The translations under genes and the position numbers were made by a program. From IMG/VR virus record IMGVR_UViG_3300032360_000001, positions 25,346 through 89,345 of that record: a stretch of DNA of 64,000 bases. One strand, written 5' to 3'. Shown in pieces: positions 18,849 to 27,438 of this stretch. Position 1 is the first letter of the stretch; every line of letters starts with the position of its first letter. A model generated the notes under the pieces. It did not search any database. It had not been told where the DNA came from and saw nothing but the letters and a program-made list of their open reading frames with translations. Origin of the DNA: a virus.

Positions 18849-20156
18849 TTAGGAATCAGCACTCGCGTCTCTCTGCATGGAGAGATATCCAGTCGAGATA
18901 CCACTCATATACAGGCCTTGGTTCTTCTGGTTCGGTCCACCAACCTGAGTTGCGAACTCGAGAGTCACACTCTTGTTGCTGCCGATATCCGAGCTAAACG
19001 CTTGGCTATTCACTTTGCAGTTCTTCAACCAATACTGGGCGAAGACATCCTTTGCGGTTCCATCAGTAAGCGTGCCGGGGCAGCTTGTAGGACGCAGAAG
19101 GTTAACTACAATATCGTAAGAATCATCACAATTGATGATATCCGACAAACTACCAGTGGTCAGATCGGCCACCAGAGCGTCAATCGAGCAGGTCACGGAC
19201 ATCGGGAATGTGATCTCACGAGAGAACGCAAACCGGCTTCCGAGTCTGTTGATTGGCTCTCTTGCCATATCTAGACTGATGTTGTAGCTTTGGATCTTAG
19301 CGTGTGCCTTGGAATCCATATTTCCGAGGTGTGCACCGGGAGCATCGTAGTTGTCTTGATCCGCAGTCACTGAATCAAAGAGATGTCCAGATAATGAGAC
19401 GGACTCTCTATCAGCTTTCGCGAAGGCGAAGGTGATGTCTCCGGGGCGCAGGGCGCTTGTGGACATAATGCCACTGTCGGCGCTACCTGTGGTAGTCGGA
19501 AGAATGTACTTGAAATGCTCGAGTCTTGTTCCACTTTCGGGCTTCACCGCGGGGCTTGCGCCACTCACGCCGCTCTCGAAAGTCATGTTAAGACCCTCAA
19601 CATTTACTGTAACGGTTGGGAAATTACCCACTGAACACTCTGTGGTGTATGAGGTAATGAATCCATTTCCAATTCCAATTACAAACTCGTAATCGCCTTC
19701 GATTGCGATAGCATCTTTTTCGGGTCCAAGATCTCCGACGGCGTCAACGCCCTCACCAACAGTCTTGATGAAGTAGTTTTTCTCGTCATTAGTCTTATTA
19801 AGAATCCCAGAAATGCAGCTAGCATGTCCATCCGTAACAAATCCAAGATTCGTTTCGTTTTCCATGGTCGCTAGAATGTAGCTGAAGTCCAATGCTACCG
19901 TTGGAGTGTCCATTACAACTCTGTCGATAGCAGCCAATTCGCCAAACTGGTTAATGTCTGTGCGCGGTATATTAAACGAATAGTTAGCGGTCTGAATTCT
20001 GTGCAACTGCCTTACTTGGTTTCCAGACGGATGCAGCGGAGGGCTGATATATCCTTCTGCTCCAACGGCAGTTTTGTCAGTAAAGAAGCCACTAACAGCC
20101 GGTGATTGACTCACATAAAGAGCCTCACTTTGATAAATAACTCTGTTTCTTGCCAT
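18849..20156 (-). CDS. Major tail tube protein
   Basis: 435 aa, beta-rich, with tail-tube-like segments (QTANYSFNIPRTDINQFG; SYNISLDMAREPINRLG...REITFP). Has its own promoter motif and terminator, and sits in the expected position. Confidence 0.75.
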   Translation of the reverse strand: MARNRVIYQSEALYVSQSPAVSGFFTDKTAVGAEGYISPPLHPSGNQVRQLHRIQTANYSFNIPRTDINQFGELAAIDRVVMDTPTVALDFSYILATMENETNLGFVTDGHASCISGILNKTNDEKNYFIKTVGEGVDAVGDLGPEKDAIAIEGDYEFVIGIGNGFITSYTTECSVGNFPTVTVNVEGLNMTFESGVSGASPAVKPESGTRLEHFKYILPTTTGSADSGIMSTSALRPGDITFAFAKADRESVSLSGHLFDSVTADQDNYDAPGAHLGNMDSKAHAKIQSYNISLDMAREPINRLGSRFAFSREITFPMSVTCSIDALVADLTTGSLSDIINCDDSYDIVVNLLRPTSCPGTLTDGTAKDVFAQYWLKNCKVNSQAFSSDIGSNKSVTLEFATQVGGPNQKNQGLYMSGISTGYLSMQRDASADS

Positions 20157-20215
20157 GATTTATAATCCTTTCTTTTTATTACATATTTTTTAGTTTATAG
20201 GGAAAACTTTTTTTG

Positions 20216-21130
20216 TTATTGTAGATCCTGATTTCTATTTGCTTTTCGAGGGTACCTAGGTTTTGTAACCTCAAAGTCAATTACACCATTAAAGACATCC
20301 GGGTTTAAATTATTTACCTTAACGTTCACATCTCTAGAAAATTTGGAAATTCCTACGTTTTCTATGAAAATGTAACTGTTTTCTTCATAACTCGCTTTCT
20401 TCCCGGTATAGCTCCAAGGCACGCCGCTTTTATAGTCGCCAAGAGTGTTGTAAGGCATATCCCCTGTACCAAACAACGTAAAAAATGTTCTTACTTTGTC
20501 CCTCATTATGGAACAAACCGCATCTAAGTTAAATTGATTATCAGCCAAGACTACCGCCCTTAGGTTTATGGTTGTCATGTCGTACCCACCAAATGCTAAT
20601 GGCTCGCTGTGGGAGCCGTTATATCTTAAGAAAATAGCTGGATAGGTTATCGCGTTAGGAGCCAAGCCTGTTTGTATTTCTGCGGTTCTAGGCCTTAGGT
20701 TGAACTTCGTCTCAAAAAGCAATTTTTCTTCTGGCTCGTTAGTTAGATATACATTAAAATCTTTTACGGCATAATCACCACTTATCCTCGTCTCGGGGGA
20801 TGTTATTTGTGTTCCAAAATAAACTTGTCCCTGCTCGTAATTTATGCCGCTAAAATTATTTGTTCCTGTTCCTATAAGGGAACCATCTAGGTAGATTCCT
20901 GTAGGAATCTGCACTGTCGTGTTGGCAAATGCCGCGCCGGTTCCTGTTATAGAAAAATCACTCACAAACTGTTTGAACGGAGCGCCATATGTATACAGGT
21001 TATTATGCAGACTCTGCACGGGATAAAACCAACTAGAGGTATCTGTAAATGCTTCACCTTCTCTAAGCAGCGTGTGGTCAAACCACAGCAAGAAGCTGGA
21101 CATCACTCTATTGTCAAATTGTGCTTTCAT
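20216..21130 (-). CDS. Putative tail terminator/completion protein
   Basis: 304 aa with YPAIF...INLRAVV; directly upstream of the tail tube gene. Confidence 0.5.
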   Translation of the reverse strand: MKAQFDNRVMSSFLLWFDHTLLREGEAFTDTSSWFYPVQSLHNNLYTYGAPFKQFVSDFSITGTGAAFANTTVQIPTGIYLDGSLIGTGTNNFSGINYEQGQVYFGTQITSPETRISGDYAVKDFNVYLTNEPEEKLLFETKFNLRPRTAEIQTGLAPNAITYPAIFLRYNGSHSEPLAFGGYDMTTINLRAVVLADNQFNLDAVCSIMRDKVRTFFTLFGTGDMPYNTLGDYKSGVPWSYTGKKASYEENSYIFIENVGISKFSRDVNVKVNNLNPDVFNGVIDFEVTKPRYPRKANRNQDLQ

Positions 21131-21718
21131 TTATCTTCTAAAATTTAAAAAGAACGTTCTCAGTAACGAGCTTACGTATTTAGTGGGCCTATAGGCTCCT
21201 CCCCTGTATGATGTTTTTGCCTGTAAACCTCCTCCTGACCTACTTCCGATTGCCCCCATCAGCGCTAAATAGTTTCCCAACCCGCTCATTCCTCTCTCTA
21301 CGCCCCTTACCCAACTTTTCCCAAGCCAGCTTAGATATGTCGCCGCTTCAATTTCTTCGATAGTTGGGCCAGTTACTCTAAATTGAAAGTCTACCCCGGT
21401 ATTCCTTTTAACTATCTTTGGCGACATAATATTGATTCGGTAACTATTTAGCATCTCTCTTAGCGTAGCCATTGGATTTGTTCCTTCTTGAAAACCTATG
21501 AAGCTAAATAGATTTCCTACCCCTCCAAGCGTACCAGAGATGTTTCCTCCCCCGGCTCCGCCTTCTAACTCTTGAGTAATTGAGTGGCTTTCGAATTCAG
21601 TTATCATCTCGCTCTTTGACCGGTTGAACTTTCTTTTAGCTTCCATTTTAACCCTTTCAGGAACCTTATTCAAGTTCTTTATGATCCTTCTTTTGACTTT
21701 TATTGGGTTTATTCTCAT
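21131..21718 (-). CDS. Putative neck/tail completion protein
   Basis: Basic 195-aa ORF in the head-tail connector block. Confidence 0.45.
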   Translation of the reverse strand: MRINPIKVKRRIIKNLNKVPERVKMEAKRKFNRSKSEMITEFESHSITQELEGGAGGGNISGTLGGVGNLFSFIGFQEGTNPMATLREMLNSYRINIMSPKIVKRNTGVDFQFRVTGPTIEEIEAATYLSWLGKSWVRGVERGMSGLGNYLALMGAIGSRSGGGLQAKTSYRGGAYRPTKYVSSLLRTFFLNFRR

Positions 21719-22158
21719 TATGCGGTAAATTGTAGATGGAAAACATAGAGCTTTATTCCGAAAAAATACTTCACAGATTCTTCAGTCATTAGCTGAAAGT
21801 CTTTTCCGTCTATCGTAATCTTTTCTGTTTTCCCATCTTTTATGTAGTCTTTTGTTTCTTCGTCAACTTTTACTCTTACGTCTCCAGCGAAATAGGTTAA
21901 GTTAACGTTTTCCATTTCGTCTGCGTCCTGCCTGTCTTTGTATAGAACCATACAATCAAAATCTTGGGACACCGGAGAATATGTATAGTTAACCTGATCA
22001 GCTGGCTCGCCGTAGCCATGCAGAAAATCAGTGTTGATTTGTTTTATTATCCTTTTAGGAGCCTTGTGCACCGTGATCGACCTCTTGAAAGTATCAAACA
22101 GGTTCTGGAAGTCGCCGGTAAACGAATCAATCTCCGTAGCTGAAACTAAACTCGCCAT
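21718..22158 (-). CDS. Putative head closure protein
   Basis: 146 aa, beta-rich C-terminus (KITIDGKDFQL); positional inference. Confidence 0.5.
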   Translation of the reverse strand: MASLVSATEIDSFTGDFQNLFDTFKRSITVHKAPKRIIKQINTDFLHGYGEPADQVNYTYSPVSQDFDCMVLYKDRQDADEMENVNLTYFAGDVRVKVDEETKDYIKDGKTEKITIDGKDFQLMTEESVKYFFGIKLYVFHLQFTA

Positions 22159-22160
22159 AA

Positions 22161-22673
22161 TTAGTATTTCCTAATTCTCGTATATTCTCTATTCGGAAGT
22201 ACATGTGATGACTGATCATCGTCCCCTGCCACCTGCAATGGTTGCACGTCGTTTAGCTTGTATTGCCCCACCATGCGCTCCAATTCCGCTTGACTTGAGG
22301 ATCGTATGCCTGCGTAGAGTTTTGCTTGTTCGTTTTTGTTAATTTTTCTAATTGATGACCCGTCTGAAGACAAAGCGATAACCGCATCTGAGGTTGCTGC
22401 GGATAATACGCTCCTCAGCTTGTTGTCGTAATAGTGTATTTGATACATTTTTTTGAGTATGCCCCCCTCATTAATACCTATTACGGTTGCTGTGCCATTA
22501 ATGTCCCTCTCTATTTCATAAGAGGACTGATTGATTGCATAGCTAGTATTCAGATAGTTATTCAACGCGCCGATGTTTGTACGTACCCAAAATGATATGG
22601 CGGCTATGCCTAGGTCTGTCGGGCTTCCTAATTCTCTGTGGATTTGGTCTGCAATGTCAACGGCTTTCATCAA
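22161..22673 (-). CDS. Putative head-tail adaptor
   Basis: 170 aa; first gene of the connector block, with GTGTAA upstream. Confidence 0.5.
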   Translation of the reverse strand: MMKAVDIADQIHRELGSPTDLGIAAISFWVRTNIGALNNYLNTSYAINQSSYEIERDINGTATVIGINEGGILKKMYQIHYYDNKLRSVLSAATSDAVIALSSDGSSIRKINKNEQAKLYAGIRSSSQAELERMVGQYKLNDVQPLQVAGDDDQSSHVLPNREYTRIRKY

Positions 22674-22695
22674 TTAACATTACACCGGAAAGAGC

Positions 22696-22947
22696 TCAAC
22701 TAATCCATTGTTCTGTAAAATATGGAAATTTACCGTCAGAAACCCTTCTCCCGGGCTGATCGTACCTTATTGAACCCAGTCTGTCTATGTCCAACCTTCT
22801 TGTTCTAGCCCTGACATCTCTCTGCAAGGGCCACCCGGGGTGTATTAGTTCCCCCCCACGAGCAGAGCAGATCTTTTTGCCGGGGTCACCATCCCATTCC
22901 ACCGTACAGTTAGTTTTGAGTAGGTTTACGCTGTCATAGTAGGGCAT
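22696..22947 (-). CDS. Hypothetical protein
   Basis: 83 aa, with its own GTGTAAATA motif at 22956-22961. Confidence 0.65.
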   Translation of the reverse strand: MPYYDSVNLLKTNCTVEWDGDPGKKICSARGGELIHPGWPLQRDVRARTRRLDIDRLGSIRYDQPGRRVSDGKFPYFTEQWIS

Positions 22948-22961
22948 GCTCTTATTTACAC

Positions 22962-23711
22962 CTATTCATAACCAAAAATTTCGAAATCTCTTTTATATAT
23001 GGATTTAACCATGTCTCTTGTTTTTTTGTTATAGTAAGTAGTATATATTTCATGCTTGGTAGCGTTTACCTTTTTGAACAGGAGCTCTTCATCGTATTCT
23101 ACTTTTAGATTATCCAATAGCGTAGCCAAGTCCGTGGAGAAGTCTTCAAATCTACCTAGAAAATCTACCATTAATTTGCCCCTGCTGTTGCAAATGAATT
23201 TATATTGGGGCTTGTAGAATGGCGAATTCAAAAACCAGTCGAGAGACATGTAATTTTCTACAGCACCACGGATATCCGGCTCTCCTCTTTTTTTATATAG
23301 AAACCCAACAAAGTCCTCAAACCTAGAAAAATATTTATATCCCAGCCAAAAATATACAGAAACAACCCTGTCAAGTGGGTTTCTAACAAAAGCAAATTTA
23401 TAACATCTGTTGAATAAGGCTTTATCCACCTGCCCGAACTCTAGTATCTGTCTGTATGTTAGGTGCTGCAGTTCGTAGAGGGATCTGCGTGATTGCCCCT
23501 CTCTGTGTTTCATAATAACGAGTGCTCCGCTGGAGTCATACCAATGTCCGTTTCCACGCCGATCCTCTATCTGCACGAATCCGAATAATTTTTCAATTGC
23601 CATCCTTGGGTCATCCCCGCCAAACTTCATGCCGAGTATATTCTCCACTTTTGATCCGCCGGTTTTAGGGACATGAATAAAGAGGAGTTCCTTTTCTCTA
23701 TTAATTGGCAT
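22962..23711 (-). CDS. Sulfotransferase (Sulfotransfer_2, carbohydrate sulfotransferase-like)
   Basis: PAPS-binding motifs FIHVPKTGGS and FVRNPLDRVVS; C-terminal DFEIFGY. Confidence 0.9.
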   Translation of the reverse strand: MPINREKELLFIHVPKTGGSKVENILGMKFGGDDPRMAIEKLFGFVQIEDRRGNGHWYDSSGALVIMKHREGQSRRSLYELQHLTYRQILEFGQVDKALFNRCYKFAFVRNPLDRVVSVYFWLGYKYFSRFEDFVGFLYKKRGEPDIRGAVENYMSLDWFLNSPFYKPQYKFICNSRGKLMVDFLGRFEDFSTDLATLLDNLKVEYDEELLFKKVNATKHEIYTTYYNKKTRDMVKSIYKRDFEIFGYE

Positions 23712-23714
23712 ATC

Positions 23715-24827
23715 TTAGTAACCTATATCCCAGTCGATTGTCTTGATTCTTTCTCTATCCCAGCCACGTATGTCGTCTAGGTAATCGTTCATGTTCCAGC
23801 CATTAGAAATATTAGCGATAGGGATGTTTGCTATCGTTTCTTTTTTGTGCTCGAGCCCATATCCATTAAGCCAACTCTTAAATCCTGAATGATTTAAAAA
23901 CTTGTTAAGGCCATTATTTTGATCGACGCAAAGGCACGCAGCGTGACGCAAGTCGATATTACATATATCTACGTTAGTCGGGTCGTCTTCGTCCAGCCAA
24001 CATTGGTGGTAATCTTTACCAAGTATATCTTTTAGTAGCCATATGTCGTGGTTTTCAAACGAGCAATACCTTCTCCATTCTTGTTTAAAGTTGTTTTGGT
24101 CGCTTGGCAATATCATACCGCACCCATTATCCGCTCTTACGTCGAAACGTTGGGTTATGTGCCATGATTCTTCTTCGGAAATTATATCCCTAATTTTATG
24201 TTTGTTGCTGGTTTCTGTGTAAGATTCAAAATTGTGAATGTCTCTATTAATAATATGGACTAATTCCTTGAACCTGTTAACAGGAGCTTCTAGCGGGACT
24301 TTAGCTAGGCTACCCTTGGGAGCAAATAAATCACAGAACCAGTCTCGATCAGATTCTTTCGCCTCAACCAAATGTTCGTGTTCACATTCAAGTGGGAATT
24401 TCCACATGACGCTACGCAAGAATCCTTTACCATGTTGTTCGGGGTCTCGATCCTTATCACAAGCCACATACTTCATTTCAGACGTAGTAAAACAACGATG
24501 GATAAGATTGCATTCTGGTTGCTGCATCTCGACAAAAGCGTGGGGCTTAGGAAAATCTAAACCAAATTCAGTTTTTAGATTTGCTATGGCCTCATTGATA
24601 TTGTTAACGAGCTCCTGCTTTCTTGCTAAAATCTTTTCTGCGGGCCAATTTTCTTTGTCATATGTTAAGGGGGTGTGTCTCCAGTACCCAGTTTTGGTGT
24701 CCGCTAATTTCTTACCATACTTTTTTTGTTCTTGAAATAATTCGCAGAATGCTTCGGTAAAATCATTTTCAATTATGTTCGCTTCCAATTCGGACCCGTT
24801 ATTAAATTTCATGTACAGTTTCTTCAT
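23715..24827 (-). CDS. Hypothetical protein, possibly metal-binding
   Basis: 370 aa inside the sulfotransferase cluster; LIHRCF, INRDIHNFE and LGKDY...DEDDP segments. Confidence 0.7.
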   Translation of the reverse strand: MKKLYMKFNNGSELEANIIENDFTEAFCELFQEQKKYGKKLADTKTGYWRHTPLTYDKENWPAEKILARKQELVNNINEAIANLKTEFGLDFPKPHAFVEMQQPECNLIHRCFTTSEMKYVACDKDRDPEQHGKGFLRSVMWKFPLECEHEHLVEAKESDRDWFCDLFAPKGSLAKVPLEAPVNRFKELVHIINRDIHNFESYTETSNKHKIRDIISEEESWHITQRFDVRADNGCGMILPSDQNNFKQEWRRYCSFENHDIWLLKDILGKDYHQCWLDEDDPTNVDICNIDLRHAACLCVDQNNGLNKFLNHSGFKSWLNGYGLEHKKETIANIPIANISNGWNMNDYLDDIRGWDRERIKTIDWDIGY

Positions 24828-24829
24828 AG

Positions 24830-25549
24830 TTAAAATGCATATTTGAATCTATCAATATCCTCTTCGTAGTGTTTTCCTACATCGTCTATCAATTTTTGAT
24901 TAGTATAAAAGTCTTTGTAGGTTTTGCCGCTTTTAGCTAACTGTTTTTGTTCCCATGGAACCTCGTCAATGGGAGCTCCGATAATACCCGCTACGTGCTT
25001 CAAATCTTTTTCGAATGTTTCCAATCTACCAATAAAATCATAGTCAGATATACGCGTCTTTCTTTTTTTATCTTCAAGTTCAAATAAGCGTATTAGACGA
25101 CATTGGCTCATCCAGTGACAATTTGTTTTAGCATGTTGCTCCTCAATGTTAATAACAAAGTCAGCGAAAGCGTCAAAAGTTGGAGGGTCTTCTCTCGAAG
25201 AGATAAGCTCAGTCATTTGCGGTATAGTTAATCTCTTTTCGTTAGCCCATTTCTTGTTTTGCCGCACTGCCCCGGGGTAGCCAGCGTTGGTTGATTCAAG
25301 ATATTTAAGAAACTCGTAGTAACCAGAGACCAGTCGAGACCATGGGTTTCTCACAAAACTAAATATATAATAATCTTTTGGAATGATTCCGCTGCGCTTC
25401 TCCCACTCATTGCGGAGTGTACTCCCGCCGGAGTCATGCCACTTAATTGGCTGCACATCGAGAAGATCTGCGAAATAATGACACACCGACGTTGAACCGC
25501 TCTTAGGGACGTGTTGATACCCACACTTATATTCGTCAATTATTATCAC
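24830..25549 (-). CDS. Sulfotransferase (Sulfotransfer_2)
   Basis: YQHVPKSGSTS, FVRNPWSRLVS, HWMSQ, DFIGRLE, DIDRFKY. Confidence 0.9.
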   Translation of the reverse strand: MIIIDEYKCGYQHVPKSGSTSVCHYFADLLDVQPIKWHDSGGSTLRNEWEKRSGIIPKDYYIFSFVRNPWSRLVSGYYEFLKYLESTNAGYPGAVRQNKKWANEKRLTIPQMTELISSREDPPTFDAFADFVINIEEQHAKTNCHWMSQCRLIRLFELEDKKRKTRISDYDFIGRLETFEKDLKHVAGIIGAPIDEVPWEQKQLAKSGKTYKDFYTNQKLIDDVGKHYEEDIDRFKYAF

Positions 25550-26600
25550 GCTTATACTCTGTTAAATTTCCAAGATCCACGATAGGATCGTTAAAAATTG
25601 GATTTTGTAAAATTTTAATAAACTCATTAAATTCCGGGTGATTCTTTCGCCAAACCGCTTCTTTTTTAAAGCCTCTTTTACTGAAGGCTCCCCAGTTTAT
25701 TATACGTGAAAAATATACGCTGTCTACTTTATATTTTTTTCCTATTTCTACAACCAAAGGCATTTCTTTGTAGTTGCCTACTTGCGTAACGACATCCAGC
25801 CTTAATTTTTTAACTTTGTTTTGCTGCCTTAGTTCAGAAATGAATTCTAGATTGCGATGTAATTGGTCCCAATCTCCCCCACGCCTGATAACATCATAAG
25901 TTTCCTTTGTTCCCGCGTCAATTGAGATAATGACGGTATTGATGTTGTTCTGAATTTTTTTCATTTTATCCCAGTATTTGGGGGTAAACATCACGCCATT
26001 AGTTTGAAGATTGAAAAAGACCCTAGGGAATTTCGCGCCATCTATATTAAATAATAATTCTCTAAATAGCTTTGAGCCAAATGGGTCACCCGAGCCAGTC
26101 ACGTTAACCAAGCAATACTCATTATGAGGTTTACCAAATACTTCTTTTATAATTTCATTTTGAATTTCTAAGCTCTTTTCGTATGCGGAGCCGCAAGTAT
26201 TACTGATTTTATCTGTTCTGCAACTGGGGCAACTCAAATTACAAGAGTAATCATAACACAAATTATAAAATTTAGGCCTTAGGTCGTCTATAATTTTATT
26301 GTCAACGATTTCCTTGAAGCGGGGCTCAACTTTTTCTTTTTCGGGTAGGGAATCGTTTTGTATGAGCGGGCACAGGCCCCAGTTGCAATACTTAAAACTT
26401 CCGTCATGAATGCTTGTTCTTATTTTTTTTGCTACGTCTGAATTAAACACTTCCTTAACGGAGTTGTTCTTATCTATCTTACCGGCGTGGTGAGGCAGCC
26501 ATGAGAAGCAGCAAAGCGAAACCTTGCCATCGGGGGCAACCTCGAAATGCTCAAACGGCTTAGAACAGAACTTATTCTTTAAGCTGCGCATGCCATTCAT
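25536..26600 (-). CDS. Radical SAM protein with an N-terminal SPASM/twitch-like Cys domain
   Basis: CNLSCPSC (CxxxCxxC), GSGDPF, QTNG and ISIDA; N-terminal CSKPF...VSLCC...CNWGLCP. Confidence 0.9.
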   Translation of the reverse strand: MNGMRSLKNKFCSKPFEHFEVAPDGKVSLCCFSWLPHHAGKIDKNNSVKEVFNSDVAKKIRTSIHDGSFKYCNWGLCPLIQNDSLPEKEKVEPRFKEIVDNKIIDDLRPKFYNLCYDYSCNLSCPSCRTDKISNTCGSAYEKSLEIQNEIIKEVFGKPHNEYCLVNVTGSGDPFGSKLFRELLFNIDGAKFPRVFFNLQTNGVMFTPKYWDKMKKIQNNINTVIISIDAGTKETYDVIRRGGDWDQLHRNLEFISELRQQNKVKKLRLDVVTQVGNYKEMPLVVEIGKKYKVDSVYFSRIINWGAFSKRGFKKEAVWRKNHPEFNEFIKILQNPIFNDPIVDLGNLTEYKRDNN

Positions 26601-27438
26601 GAATCTCTTTTATGTTCGGGATCTTTTCGTAGTGATTTTTTTGGTGTTGTTTCGTTTCGGGGCTTAATGCGCTTGTAATTATTTCATTGTCTATATACTC
26701 CAGCCCAATAAATTCTAGTACGTTTTTGAAAAAGCTTACGCGTTCTTCTAACCCAATAGAGGGCCCGAGAAAGTCTTCATAACACACATCAAGATATTCA
26801 AGGCTTTTGAACTCCAAATAGGTTGGATATGTTTCACTTAGTCTGCTCATCTTTTCATACTCCGCCCCGACCCAATTCATTGGGATCGGTTCGTATTCGG
26901 TAGAGTCAACTACTTTTCTGTTATCTTTGTCAAGGGCGTGCCATATTCCTTCCTGCTTAGCTGCCCCTTTTGAGAGTATGATATCAAGAATACCCTTCCT
27001 ATGTGCGTATAATATTTTTATATCATGATCCGCCGCGTAATCAAGTATAATTTTATTATTCTGTATTGAAATTACATCATGTAAGTGCTTTATACCATGA
27101 AATTTTGCATAGAATTCATCAAGTAGTTTATATATTTGGCCCGCGGTTAATTTTCTGATTACGGTTACTCCACCTTTTTTATCAAGGACGAGTTTATGTA
27201 GCAGGCCAGCTTTTTCGAAGCAGCGCGCTATGCTATGACCGTCTTGCTTGTTTAAACGGGGCTTTCTTAGGGGGTTATTCAATGGCTCATCTATAAAAAG
27301 GCTATTTGCTAAGTGTTGGCTGCTGCCCGGATCGGGAGGCGCTGCCCGATTACAGTTAAGGAGCATGGTATTTCTAATGCAATGGGAAAGTGTCGTTGTT
27401 CCCGTTCTAGCACCACCGAATATCAATACTTTGTTCAT
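26572..27438 (-). CDS. Sulfotransferase (Stf0/Sulfotransfer_1-like)
   Basis: GGARTGTT 5'-PAPS loop, DEPLN, R...S, VCYEDF. Confidence 0.8.
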   Translation of the reverse strand: MNKVLIFGGARTGTTTLSHCIRNTMLLNCNRAAPPDPGSSQHLANSLFIDEPLNNPLRKPRLNKQDGHSIARCFEKAGLLHKLVLDKKGGVTVIRKLTAGQIYKLLDEFYAKFHGIKHLHDVISIQNNKIILDYAADHDIKILYAHRKGILDIILSKGAAKQEGIWHALDKDNRKVVDSTEYEPIPMNWVGAEYEKMSRLSETYPTYLEFKSLEYLDVCYEDFLGPSIGLEERVSFFKNVLEFIGLEYIDNEIITSALSPETKQHQKNHYEKIPNIKEIHEWHAQLKE

